A stretch of 49,062 bases of DNA from Minisyncoccia bacterium (GCA_041550235.1 JBFEPE010000005.1:1-49062); one strand, 5' to 3'. Shown: positions 9,404 through 19,200, numbered from the stretch's first letter. The notes: generated from the sequence alone by a model not told the origin. Made by a program: numbers and translations.

Positions 9404-10900
9404 ATGACCAATAAAGAGGCATTGAAAAAATTTCTTGAAGCAGTTAATAAGGACAATTGTTTTGAGGCGAAAGAACTATCATTAAAAATACCAGTTAATA
9501 ATCTCGATTGTGAAGTTTTGATTGGGTTCCTAGAATCGGATAACCCAATAATACGCGATATGGTGAAAGAACTTCTTTCAAAAATACCAGTTAATAATCT
9601 CGATTGTGAAGTTTTGATTGGGTTCCTAGAATCGGACAACCTAATAATCTGCGATATGATGAGAGAACTTCTCCTAATCCATTTCCCTGAAAAACTGAAT
9701 ATTGAAACCTTAATCAGTTTTATAGAATCAAACGATTCGAATATTCGCGATAAGGCAAGTGGGCTTCTGTTAAAAATTCCGTCTAAAGAACTGAATCCTG
9801 AAACCTTAATCAGTTTTCTAAAATCAGACAATGCAAGAATCTGCGATATGATGAGAGAACTTCTTTCAAAAATACCAGTTAATAATCTTGATTGTGAGGT
9901 TTTGATTGGATTCCTAGAATCGGATAATTCAGGAATTTATGTTATGGCGAGACATCTCATTCATAAAGTAGTTAAAAAACTTAATTTTGAAACTTTGATT
10001 AATCATCTTAAATCAAGTAATCAAAGAGTTTGCAACAATATCAGAGTACTTCTTTCAAACCATTTTCCTGAAAAACTTGGTCTTGAAACCTTAATCAGTT
10101 TTCTAGAAGAATCAAGCGATTCAGATGTTCTTGATAAGGCAGTGGAAATTATTAAAAAGATCCCGCCTAAAAAACTTGATCCTGAGAAATTAATCAATTT
10201 TCTAAAATCGAGTTATTTAATAGTTTTCGGCATAACAGAGGAACTCCTTTTAAAAGTCCCGCCTAAAAAACTTGATCCTGAGAAATTAATCAATTTTATA
10301 AAGTTAAACGATTCAAATGTTTGTGATGTAGTTAAGGAGATTCTTTTAAACCATTTCCCTGAAAAACTGGATATTGAAACCTTAATCAGTTTTCTAAAAT
10401 CAGATGATTCGGATGTTCGCGATAAAACTAGGTGTATTCTTTTAAATAATTTCCCTGAAAAACTGGATGTTGAAACTTTAATCAGTTTTCTAGAGTCAAG
10501 CAATTCGGGCATTCAGGATAAGGCAAGAGGGCTTCTCTTAAAGATTCCATCTGAAAAACTGGATGTTGAAACTTTAATCAGTTTTCTAAAATCAGATAAT
10601 GCAAGAATCTGCGATATGATGAGAGAACTTCTCCTAATCCATTTTCCTGAAAAACTGGATATTGAAACTTTAATCAGTTTTCTAGAGTCAAGCAATTCGG
10701 GTATTCAAGATAAGGCAAGAAGACTTCTCTTAAAGATTCCGTCTAAAAAACTGAATCCTGAAACCTTAATCAGTTTTCTAAAATCAGAAAATTCAAAAGT
10801 TCGCGATACGGTGAAAGAACTTTTGAAAAAAATTAAAAAAAAGACTGATTTAGAAAAAATGTTTAAGAAATGCTTCCCCTATACATATACAAAAAATTGA
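9404..10900 (+). CDS. Tandem-repeat alpha-solenoid (HEAT-like) protein, 14 units of about 32 aa
   Basis: KIP/HFPxKLxxETLISFLxSxxxxIxDxxxxLL units with 96-bp DNA periodicity; AGGAGG SD before ATG 9404. Confidence 0.85.
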   Translation: MTNKEALKKFLEAVNKDNCFEAKELSLKIPVNNLDCEVLIGFLESDNPIIRDMVKELLSKIPVNNLDCEVLIGFLESDNLIICDMMRELLLIHFPEKLNIETLISFIESNDSNIRDKASGLLLKIPSKELNPETLISFLKSDNARICDMMRELLSKIPVNNLDCEVLIGFLESDNSGIYVMARHLIHKVVKKLNFETLINHLKSSNQRVCNNIRVLLSNHFPEKLGLETLISFLEESSDSDVLDKAVEIIKKIPPKKLDPEKLINFLKSSYLIVFGITEELLLKVPPKKLDPEKLINFIKLNDSNVCDVVKEILLNHFPEKLDIETLISFLKSDDSDVRDKTRCILLNNFPEKLDVETLISFLESSNSGIQDKARGLLLKIPSEKLDVETLISFLKSDNARICDMMRELLLIHFPEKLDIETLISFLESSNSGIQDKARRLLLKIPSKKLNPETLISFLKSENSKVRDTVKELLKKIKKKTDLEKMFKKCFPYTYTKN

Positions 10901-10914
10901 AATCAAACAACGAC

Positions 10915-10955
10915 GGGCAAAGGTTGTCACAAAAACCTTTGCCCATTTTTTATTT
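10915..10955 (+). terminator. Intrinsic terminator
   Basis: GGGCAAAGG...CCTTTGCCC followed by ATTTTTTTATT. Confidence 0.75.
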
Positions 10956-10977
10956 CAAAAAATCCTAAATTAAAAAA

Positions 10978-13215
10978 TTACTCTAATCTCAATGAGACTG
11001 CTTTTGAGACACCCTCATCAGTCATTGTTACTCCATAAAGTGCCTCAGCGGATTCCATCGTTGCTCTATTGTGAGTGATGATAATAAATTGAGTTTCTTT
11101 TGATAACTCCTCCAAAATCTTAGCAACTTTTTTAGCATTCGCCTCATCTAATGCAGCATCAACCTCATCCAAAACAACAAATGGTGGCTTCACGGCCGAG
11201 ACAATAGCAAATAGAGCAGCAATTGAAACAAGTGTTCTTTCTCCGCCTGATAAGACTTCCAAACTATTAACTTTTTTCTTTGGCAACTCCAAATAAAATT
11301 CAATTCCCGTTTCTCCTACTGATAAGTCATCGCTATCAGATTCAGATGGCAACTCATCTTCTTTTTCAGAATCATCACTCTTCTTTATTTTTTTTAATAT
11401 AGAAACAATGCCCAATCTCGCCCTGCCACCACCAAACATCAATCTAAAGTATTTATTAAATTCATCATTGATATTTTTTAATGTAGAGGAAAATAATTTA
11501 TCAATTTTCTCACTTAATTCTTTTTCCATCGCCTCTAAATCAATTTTTGCTTTTTCTAAATCGTCTAATTCGGTCGATAAGAAATTATGCCTCTCCTCTG
11601 TCTCTTTTGCTTCCGCTACCAATAATTCATCAACCTCTCCAATTGAAGAAAGTTCTCTGCGAAGACGAAAAATGCTACCCTCCACCTGATTAACATCAAT
11701 TTCTTTATCAGGAGTAAAATTTTTTAATTCATCTTCAGAAAATCTATCTCTATTCAATCCCAATTCTCTTATCTTTTCCTCTAAATCATTTTGGCGGATA
11801 GATATTCTTTCTTTTTTAATTTCAAGTGAATTGATTTTTTCCCGCCAATTACTTATCTCCCTTCTCTTCTGCTCTAATTTATTCAATACTTCACGAAATT
11901 CTCTTCCTGCCAATTCATCCTTTTCTCTCAGAGAAACCATTTCTGAATTTATTTTTTCTTCTTTTTCATCTAATTTTTTAATTGAGTCTAACAACTCATC
12001 CTTATTTTTCTCTAATTCTAAAATATACGATTTCTCTTTTTCACTTTCTTTTTTATTTTCTTGTGGCTTATCTTCTTCTTTATTTTTTTCCTGCTTTTTA
12101 TTTATTTGAGAAAATATCTCATTAAATTCATCCCTGAATTTTTCTAAATTATCCCCTGCTAATGATTTTTCTAATAATTGTTTTATTCTTTCTAATATTT
12201 TTTTTAATTCGCCAAAAGAGAATGGGAAATCATAATCATCACTACTACTCTCAACTTTTTCGGGCAATCTTTTCAATCCTTCTAATTGACCCTCTAAATG
12301 ACCTACCCTCCTTAATATCTCCCCTTTTTCTTTTTCTATCTCTCCCCTTTTCTTTCTTAGATCGCCAAACTCTTGCGAAAAGTCTGGCTTATTTTTTTCT
12401 AATTCCTTAAATTTTTCCTCCAATAATTCTTCTTCCTTTTTCATTTCATCAAAATATTTCTTTGTTTCGGCGAAATCTTTTTCTATTTTTTCTTTGTCCA
12501 AAAATATCCCTTGAAATTGGGTGCTGAAATATGATTTTTCTAAGCCTGCTAATTTATTTATAATATCCTCTCTCTTTTCCCATCTACCTACTTGCCTTCT
12601 CAATGATCTCAAATGAGGTAATATTTCATCAATTAATAATCTTGTTTGCTCTAAATTTTCACTGGTAGAAATTATTTTTCTTTTGGCTGATTCTTTTTTT
12701 AACTGAAATTCTTTTAGTCCAAGATTTTCCTCAATCATCAATCTTCTTTCTTTTGGTGAGGCGGAAAGAATGGCATCTGCAGAGCCTTGATTGACGATGC
12801 TGATTCCCGAATATCCGATTTTGGCTTTTGCTAATAATTCTATTATATCTTTAAGTCGCACTGGTGATTTATTTATTTTATAGACTGATTCGCCCGCTCT
12901 ATTTATTTTTCTTGTGATTATTATTTCGTCAAAATCAAAATCCAATTCCTTTGAGGAATTGTCTAATGATAATTCTACCTCTGCCAATGATAATCTTGAT
13001 TTTTTTGGTGTCCCTCCAAATATTATATCTTCTGATTTTGATACTCTTAATCCTCTAAAGTCTCTCTCGCCTAATGCCCATCTTATGGCATCGGCGACAT
13101 TTGATTTTCCGCTTCCATTTGGTCCGACAACTGCTGTTGAGTTTGATGGAAAGAGAAGTTTTGTTTTATTAGCAAAAGATTTGAATCCTATTATTTCCAA
13201 TGATTTTAATCGCAT
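10978..13215 (-). CDS. smc: Short SMC-family chromosome segregation ATPase
   Basis: GFKSF, Walker A GPNGSGKSN, LSGGE signature, LDEVDAALD, ITH; start at 13215 or 13227. Confidence 0.9.
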   Translation of the reverse strand: MRLKSLEIIGFKSFANKTKLLFPSNSTAVVGPNGSGKSNVADAIRWALGERDFRGLRVSKSEDIIFGGTPKKSRLSLAEVELSLDNSSKELDFDFDEIIITRKINRAGESVYKINKSPVRLKDIIELLAKAKIGYSGISIVNQGSADAILSASPKERRLMIEENLGLKEFQLKKESAKRKIISTSENLEQTRLLIDEILPHLRSLRRQVGRWEKREDIINKLAGLEKSYFSTQFQGIFLDKEKIEKDFAETKKYFDEMKKEEELLEEKFKELEKNKPDFSQEFGDLRKKRGEIEKEKGEILRRVGHLEGQLEGLKRLPEKVESSSDDYDFPFSFGELKKILERIKQLLEKSLAGDNLEKFRDEFNEIFSQINKKQEKNKEEDKPQENKKESEKEKSYILELEKNKDELLDSIKKLDEKEEKINSEMVSLREKDELAGREFREVLNKLEQKRREISNWREKINSLEIKKERISIRQNDLEEKIRELGLNRDRFSEDELKNFTPDKEIDVNQVEGSIFRLRRELSSIGEVDELLVAEAKETEERHNFLSTELDDLEKAKIDLEAMEKELSEKIDKLFSSTLKNINDEFNKYFRLMFGGGRARLGIVSILKKIKKSDDSEKEDELPSESDSDDLSVGETGIEFYLELPKKKVNSLEVLSGGERTLVSIAALFAIVSAVKPPFVVLDEVDAALDEANAKKVAKILEELSKETQFIIITHNRATMESAEALYGVTMTDEGVSKAVSLRLE

Positions 13216-13346
13216 AATATCTGCCATTCTATCACACCCAAAATCCCAAAACTTGACTAATTTATTTGATTATGGTGATTTAATACCGATTTCTTATTTT
13301 TTATCATAGATTTGACAAAAGAGTGATTTATGTTTTTTTGAAAGAC

Positions 13347-13496
13347 TTATCCACAGCAAATCCACTGAATTGATGTTTGGTAAATTTGTTGGTTTTGTAT
13401 TATTATATGTATGATAATACCGATTTTTATTTGAAATTATTGAATTATTTAATTGATGTGTGAATATCTTTATTGTTTGGAATAAGTTGTGGATTA
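13347..13496. promoter_or_regulatory. DnaA-box cluster (upstream part of probable oriC)
   Basis: Perfect TTATCCACA at 13347-13355, TGTGGATTA at 13488-13496, degenerate boxes between; non-coding and upstream of dnaA. Confidence 0.65.
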
Positions 13497-13587
13497 TTGT
13501 TTTTGGTTGTTGAAAAATCAATAAAAAAACAGCCCCACCACTTAGATAATGGGTGGGGGGGTTGAATAAATGATGGCCAATGATCTA

Positions 13588-13815
13588 TTAATTATTTTTT
13601 GATTTGAGTTTAAAATCCAAACCAATAAAAAAAATTGAAATACCAATAATTATCGTTATTAAAACAATTACCGAATCTTTGGTTTGACTAATTTTGTTTA
13701 AAAAATCATATAATTCCTTTATTATAAAATGGTAACTAATAACCAATAATCCAATAATCATCAAAAACCATCCTAAAAATCCATTGATTTTGTTTTGTTT
13801 TTCGCTTTTTTTCAT
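13588..13815 (-). CDS. Small orphan 2-TM membrane protein
   Basis: Two hydrophobic helices; TTGACT promoter and AGGAGG SD; terminator-like hairpin at 13523-13561. Confidence 0.7.
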   Translation of the reverse strand: MKKSEKQNKINGFLGWFLMIIGLLVISYHFIIKELYDFLNKISQTKDSVIVLITIIIGISIFFIGLDFKLKSKNN

Positions 13816-13912
13816 GATATCCTCCTATAATAAATAATAACACAAGATTAAAAAAAGTCAATACTTACTTTTTTCTTGGGACGGAGTATAATTATAAAAT
13901 ATATAAATTATT

Positions 13913-15301
13913 ATGGAATTAAATGAACTTTGGAAATTAGTGTTGGGTGAATTAGAGCTTGAAATATCCAAGCCTAATTTTCAAACATGGTTAAAAAATA
14001 CAATAATATTAGATCAAAAAGATGATGAATTAATCATCGGAGTAGAAAGTGTATTCGCAAAAGAATGGGTATCAAATAAATACCATAAAACAATATTAAA
14101 AATAATAAGAAATTTCAGTCCAGAAATAAAAAGTTTAGAATACCAAATCCATCAATTAGACAAACAACCATCTAAAAAAAGCATTTTCACATCAAGAAAT
14201 AGAGAAAAATTAGAAGAGACAAAATCATTAGACTTATCAGAATACTCAATAGATTTAAAAACAGGTTTAAATTCAAAATACTTATTGGATAATTTTATAG
14301 TGGGACCAAATAATGAATTAGCATATTCAGCTGCTATGGCCGTAATTGATGGTCCGGGAAAAAAATATAACCCATTATTTATATATGGAGGAGTTGGATT
14401 AGGAAAAACACACCTTATCCAAGGAGTTGGAAATAAAATAAAGGCAGTAAGTAAAAATAAATATAGTATAAAATATTTAAGCGCAGAAATGTTTGTAAAT
14501 GAGACGATTGAAAGCATAAGAACAAACAAAATGACTGATTTTAAAAATAAATATAGGAAAGTGGATGTTTTGATAGTTGATGATATTCAATTTATTAGCG
14601 GAAAGGAAAAAACACAGGAAGAATTTTTTCATACATTCAACACCCTTTATCAAGAAAATAAACAAATAATCATCTCGTCCGATAGATCCCCTTATTTATT
14701 GGCAAATTTAGAAGAAAGAATAAAATCAAGATTTGAGGGTGGAATGGTGGCAGACATCACATACCCCGATTTTGAAACAAGAATAGCAATTTTAAAGAAT
14801 AAGTTAATAAATCAAAAGAATGAAATTGATTTAGGAAATGATATAATAGAAGAGGTTGCAAGGATGTTTCCTCATAATGTGAGAGAGTTGGAAGGAGCAT
14901 TATCAAGATTGATTGGAATATTAAAAATAAGGAAAGTGCCGCCTGTGTTAAATGTGTGTAAAAAAATATTAGAAGAAATAAATATTCAAAAGATAAGATT
15001 AGTCTCAGTGGATACAATAATAAGAAAATCAGCAGAATTTTATAATATTTCAGAAAAAGAATTATTAAGTCATTCAAGAAAAAAGGAATTAGTTAAGCCA
15101 AGACAAATAGTAATGTATTTATTAAGAGAAGATTTAAAGTATTCATTTCCTACTATCGCTCAAAAATTAGGAGGAAGAGACCATACAACCGTTCTTCATG
15201 CTTGTAAGAAAATATCAAGGGATATAATAAATGACAAATCATTATCGCAAGAGATAAATATGATAAAAGATAGGGTATATAATAATGGGGCTGGAAAATA
15301 A
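13913..15301 (+). CDS. dnaA: Chromosomal replication initiator DnaA
   Basis: YNPLFIYGGVGLGKTHL, VDDIQF, NVRELEGAL, GGRDHTTV. Confidence 0.99.
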   Translation: MELNELWKLVLGELELEISKPNFQTWLKNTIILDQKDDELIIGVESVFAKEWVSNKYHKTILKIIRNFSPEIKSLEYQIHQLDKQPSKKSIFTSRNREKLEETKSLDLSEYSIDLKTGLNSKYLLDNFIVGPNNELAYSAAMAVIDGPGKKYNPLFIYGGVGLGKTHLIQGVGNKIKAVSKNKYSIKYLSAEMFVNETIESIRTNKMTDFKNKYRKVDVLIVDDIQFISGKEKTQEEFFHTFNTLYQENKQIIISSDRSPYLLANLEERIKSRFEGGMVADITYPDFETRIAILKNKLINQKNEIDLGNDIIEEVARMFPHNVRELEGALSRLIGILKIRKVPPVLNVCKKILEEINIQKIRLVSVDTIIRKSAEFYNISEKELLSHSRKKELVKPRQIVMYLLREDLKYSFPTIAQKLGGRDHTTVLHACKKISRDIINDKSLSQEINMIKDRVYNNGAGK

Positions 15302-15313
15302 AATTAAAAATAT

Positions 15314-15470
15314 TTTTTCACATGAAATCAAAAGGTTAATCAGATGATATTCATATCTTTTCCAAAGGTTATCCAAAGAAAATTTATCTTAAATAAAGGG
15401 TTTCTACGAGAGTTATTGGCTTAAAATGATTCCCCTACTGCTACTACTATCTATATATATTAATTAAATT
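15314..15470. promoter_or_regulatory. Putative oriC unwinding element: degenerate DnaA boxes, CCCC, DnaA-trios, AT-rich tract
   Basis: TTTTTCACA 15314, TTATCCAAA 15369, CTA-CTG-CTA-CTA-CTA 15435-15449, then TATATATTAATTAAATT. Confidence 0.6.
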
Positions 15471-15516
15471 TAGTAGAATAAGTTTGGGGATAAGAAGTTG
15501 TAATAAAAACAAAAAT

Positions 15517-16626
15517 ATGAAAATAACAATAATAAAAGAAAATTTAAAAAAGGCGATTGGTAGTGTGGAAAGGGCGACTGGAAGTGGTTCTGTTTTGCCA
15601 ATATTAAAAAATATATTAGTTAAAACAGAGGATAATAGAATTAGAATATCTGCCACTGATTTGGAGATGGGTATAAATTATTTTATCAATGGAAAAATAG
15701 AGGAGGAGGGTGGAATAACTATTCCATCATCAGTTCTTGGCTCTGTATTGAATAATATCTCTGAAAGTAAGTTGAGTATAACAACAGAGGGGCAGAAAAT
15801 AAAGATTAATACAGGTAATTCATTTAATACAATTTCCGGATTAAAGGAGTCTGATTTTCCTATCATCCCCAAGGTTGAAGCGGATGATAGTATTGAAATA
15901 AAAAGTGCTTATCTAAAAGCTGCACTTATAAATACATCTATTGCGGCCGCTCCTGCTGGTAGGAGGCCTGAATTAAATGGGGTTCTTTTTTGGATTGAGG
16001 GTGGTGAGTTTAGAATCACTGCGACTGATGGATTTCGTTTGGCAGAAAAAATAATAAAGAGCGATCAATTTAAATCAAATATTGATAGTTTGAGGGTTAT
16101 TATTCCATTGAAGACAATTCAGGAAGTTATAAAACTTTTAGATATTAGTTCAAATGTTAAAATTTTTGTTAACAATCATCAAATTCTTTTTGATTTTGGT
16201 GATGCTGAACTTATTTCAAGAATTGTTGAGGGTAATTTTCCTGAATATAAGGAAAGGATTCCTGAGAATCATCAAACATCTACCACTATAAATAGAGATG
16301 AGTTGATTGATGCTGTGAAATTGGCTTCTGTCTTTGTTGGTAAGATTAATGACATTAAATTAAGGAGTGATAGTGATGATGGATTGATTGAGGTTTCTGG
16401 GAATGATGCTGTGATTGGTGAGAATGTCTCTAAAATAAAGGTGGGTGTTTCTGGTGATAATCAGAATTTGGTTTTGAATTGGAGATATTTATTAGATGGA
16501 TTAAGGATTATTGATGATAAGGAATTATCTATTGGTCTTAATAGTGAATCGGAGCCAGTTGTTATAAGGTCACCAAAGGATAATTCATATTTCTATATGG
16601 TAATGCCTATCCGAAGCGGAAGTTAG
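15517..16626 (+). CDS. dnaN: DNA polymerase III beta sliding clamp
   Basis: LPILKNI, ATDLE, ATDGFRLA, VMPI; directly after dnaA. Confidence 0.98.
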   Translation: MKITIIKENLKKAIGSVERATGSGSVLPILKNILVKTEDNRIRISATDLEMGINYFINGKIEEEGGITIPSSVLGSVLNNISESKLSITTEGQKIKINTGNSFNTISGLKESDFPIIPKVEADDSIEIKSAYLKAALINTSIAAAPAGRRPELNGVLFWIEGGEFRITATDGFRLAEKIIKSDQFKSNIDSLRVIIPLKTIQEVIKLLDISSNVKIFVNNHQILFDFGDAELISRIVEGNFPEYKERIPENHQTSTTINRDELIDAVKLASVFVGKINDIKLRSDSDDGLIEVSGNDAVIGENVSKIKVGVSGDNQNLVLNWRYLLDGLRIIDDKELSIGLNSESEPVVIRSPKDNSYFYMVMPIRSGS

Positions 16627-16692
16627 TTTTTCCTCCACTCACCCCTTGACTTTTTATTTGTTTTGTAGTAGTTTAATAGCGGAGGTGTTAAA

Positions 16693-17058
16693 ATGAAAAA
16701 CAACTTTTTTAAATGGTTGATTTATTTAATATGTGTGGTAATTTTATCATTCATAATAACAGAAATTGAACAATGTCAATTTGATAATTCAACAAACAAA
16801 GTGGGAGAAGAAGTAGGGATACAGGAACAAGAAAAGGAATGGGAGGGGGTTGATGATAAAGAACTAAACAACACTAATAACATCAATAAAACTAATAACA
16901 CCAAAGAAGATTTTTTTTATAATTTTCTTTGCAAGCAAGAAAAAGAATTGAAAGATAGTAGTGATATGTGGATAATTATAATCATTGTTTTAGTTGTAAT
17001 TTTAATTTCATTATTTATAATTTTAATCTATTTCATCAGAAATAGAGATAAAAATTAA
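16693..17058 (+). CDS. Orphan membrane protein with N- and C-terminal TM segments
   Basis: TTGACT at 16646, GGAGG at 16681, terminator at 17073-17129. Confidence 0.7.
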   Translation: MKNNFFKWLIYLICVVILSFIITEIEQCQFDNSTNKVGEEVGIQEQEKEWEGVDDKELNNTNNINKTNNTKEDFFYNFLCKQEKELKDSSDMWIIIIIVLVVILISLFIILIYFIRNRDKN

Positions 17059-17072
17059 TAAATTAATTAAAA

Positions 17073-17129
17073 TGGTTTGTATCCAAAGAGATAATCTCTC
17101 TTGTAATGGATACAAACCACTTTTTTATT
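17073..17129. terminator. Long hairpin terminator
   Basis: TGGTTTGTATCCA...TGGATACAAACCA followed by CTTTTTTATT. Confidence 0.75.
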
Positions 17130-17154
17130 TTAAGATAATTTTATAAACACAAAA

Positions 17155-18621
17155 TTATTTTTTTGGCCTCATTAGGGGAAAAATTTGTGTTTCCCTCATC
17201 GGCTTATCCATTAAAAAACTAAAAAATCTCTCAGACATTCCAAATCCACAAGTCGGCGGCATACCATACTCTATCGCCTCAATAAAATCCTCATCAAACA
17301 TTTGTGCCTCCTCATCGCCAGCATCTCTCATTTTTTGTTGCTCCTCAAATCTCCCTTTTTGATCTATGGGGTCATTCAACTCACTATAACCATTACCCAA
17401 CTCACTACCAGCAATAATTACTTGAAATTTTTGCGAAATCATTTGATTATTCTCATTTCTTTTTGCTAACGGGGAAATGATAATAGGTGTATTTATTAAA
17501 AATCCCGGACCAGCAATTTGTCGGCGACAATATTTCCAAAGGTTATCTATTGCTCTATTTAAATTAAATCCCTTTTTATCATACTTGATATTTAACTCAA
17601 CTAATTTTTTTTCAACCTCTTTTTTATTAGTGTTTAAAACATCAATTCCAGTTTTTTCTAATATAATCCCAACAAAATCATACCTCTCCCATTTTTTACC
17701 TAAATCAATATCAAAATCCTTAATTTTGAATTTTAATTTTCCAAATGTTTCCATTGCGACATATTTATACATTTCTTCCACCAACTCCATTCCTTTCTCG
17801 TCATCAGAATAAGCCCAATAAAATTCCATTTGGGTATAATCTTGAAGATGTTCAGCATCCATTCCTTCATTTCTAAACTGCCTCCCTAATTCAAATATTT
17901 TTTCAAAACCAGCAACTATTAATCTTTTCTGCCAAAGCTCACCCATTGATATTCTTAAATATAAATTCATATCTAAGGCATTATGATGAGTGATGAATGG
18001 CCTGGCATCAGCTCCACCTGTATTTACTTCTAAAATAGGTGTCTCTACTTCTAAAAACCCCCTTTCTTTTAAAAAATTTCTCACAGAATCCCAGAATTTT
18101 GCCTTCTTATAAATCATATCTTTAACATCTGGGTTGCACAAAATATCTAAATATCTTTTTCTGAGCCGTTCCTCTGGGTCAATAAGTCCGCACCACTTAT
18201 CAGGGAGGGGTCTAATTGCTTTTGATAATATTTTCCACTTTCTTGTGCGAATTGTTGGCTCACCTTTTTTTGTTTTAAAACAAATTCCCTCAACTTCCAA
18301 AAAATCTCCAACATCAACAAAATCTCCAAGAAGATTATAATCGCCATTCTCTAATTCATCTTTAAAAAATGCTATTTGAATTCTGCCACTCCCATCTTCT
18401 ATTTGGGCAAAGGTTAGGCCACCATGTTCTCTCCGACTTCTTATTCTGCCTGCCAAAATAAATCTTTCTTCTTCTTTTTCTAATTTTTCAAAATCACTTA
18501 AAATATCGCCAATAATAATATTGCGATTTGTTTTTGAGGGATAGGGATTAATCCCCACCTCCCTCATTTTTTTTAATTTTACTAAGCGATCTTCCCGCTC
18601 ATCATTAGCCTTTTTCTTCAT
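17155..18621 (-). CDS. lysS: Lysine--tRNA ligase (class II)
   Basis: OB-fold N-terminus, GGADARPF, FRNEG, YGMPPTCGFG; start trimmed to 18621. Confidence 0.97.
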   Translation of the reverse strand: MKKKANDEREDRLVKLKKMREVGINPYPSKTNRNIIIGDILSDFEKLEKEEERFILAGRIRSRREHGGLTFAQIEDGSGRIQIAFFKDELENGDYNLLGDFVDVGDFLEVEGICFKTKKGEPTIRTRKWKILSKAIRPLPDKWCGLIDPEERLRKRYLDILCNPDVKDMIYKKAKFWDSVRNFLKERGFLEVETPILEVNTGGADARPFITHHNALDMNLYLRISMGELWQKRLIVAGFEKIFELGRQFRNEGMDAEHLQDYTQMEFYWAYSDDEKGMELVEEMYKYVAMETFGKLKFKIKDFDIDLGKKWERYDFVGIILEKTGIDVLNTNKKEVEKKLVELNIKYDKKGFNLNRAIDNLWKYCRRQIAGPGFLINTPIIISPLAKRNENNQMISQKFQVIIAGSELGNGYSELNDPIDQKGRFEEQQKMRDAGDEEAQMFDEDFIEAIEYGMPPTCGFGMSERFFSFLMDKPMRETQIFPLMRPKK

Positions 18622-18636
18622 ATTAAATATTTGATT

Positions 18637-18671
18637 ATATCCCTCCCGCCCCGAGGGGGCGGGAGGGATAT
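18637..18671. repeat. GC-rich hairpin between greA and lysS
   Basis: ATATCCCTCCCGCCCC-GAG-GGGGCGGGAGGGATAT. Confidence 0.7.
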
Positions 18672-18697
18672 TGAGTTGTTTTTTTACAACCAAAAAA

Positions 18698-19162
18698 CTA
18701 ATTAACCTCTAAAATCTGATACTTTCTCTTGTCGCCGTTCGGCAACTCAAACTCAATCTCTTCGCCGGCTGACCTACCAATAAATGCCTGTCCTAATGGA
18801 GAGGTGTTTGAAATTAAATTTTTTGATGGGTCGCCATCATGAGCACCAACAATAGTGAAATTTTTTATTTCACCCTTCTCTGTCTTTGCCTTTATTTTAC
18901 ATCCAATACTCACGGACGAGCATTTTTCACCACTGCCATCCATAATTTTAGCTGATTTTAAGATATTTGCTAATTCTGATATTCTCTTTTCATTCATCGC
19001 TAAGTCTTCTTTGGCAGCTGAATAATCGGCATTTTCTGACAAGTCACCAAGTTCTTTGGCTATCCTTAATCTCTCGCCAATATCCGCCCTTATCTTAATT
19101 TTTCTTTCTTCCAATTCCTTTTTTAATTGTTCAAATTTTTCCTTTGATATATATGTTGTCAT
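18698..19162 (-). CDS. greA: Transcription elongation factor GreA
   Basis: GDLSENADYSAAK, ISNTSPLGQA. Confidence 0.97.
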   Translation of the reverse strand: MTTYISKEKFEQLKKELEERKIKIRADIGERLRIAKELGDLSENADYSAAKEDLAMNEKRISELANILKSAKIMDGSGEKCSSVSIGCKIKAKTEKGEIKNFTIVGAHDGDPSKNLISNTSPLGQAFIGRSAGEEIEFELPNGDKRKYQILEVN

Positions 19163-19170
19163 ATTTTTCC

Positions 19171-19200
19171 TTCGCCCGCCGAAGTTTTAACGAAGGCGGG
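19171..19200 (-). repeat. CCCGCCTTCG element upstream of greA
   Basis: Sense strand CCCGCCTTCGTTAAAACTTCGGCGGGCGAA, then GGAAAAAT-ATG. Confidence 0.85.

Noticed and set aside
9404-10900. Diversity-generating retroelement target
   Set aside because: No reverse transcriptase or template repeat is present, and the differences between repeats do not look adenine-specific.
13294-13521. 75-aa ORF in the smc-dnaA gap
   Set aside because: It overlaps DnaA boxes, has a non-ATG start and low-complexity composition; the region is more likely non-coding origin DNA.
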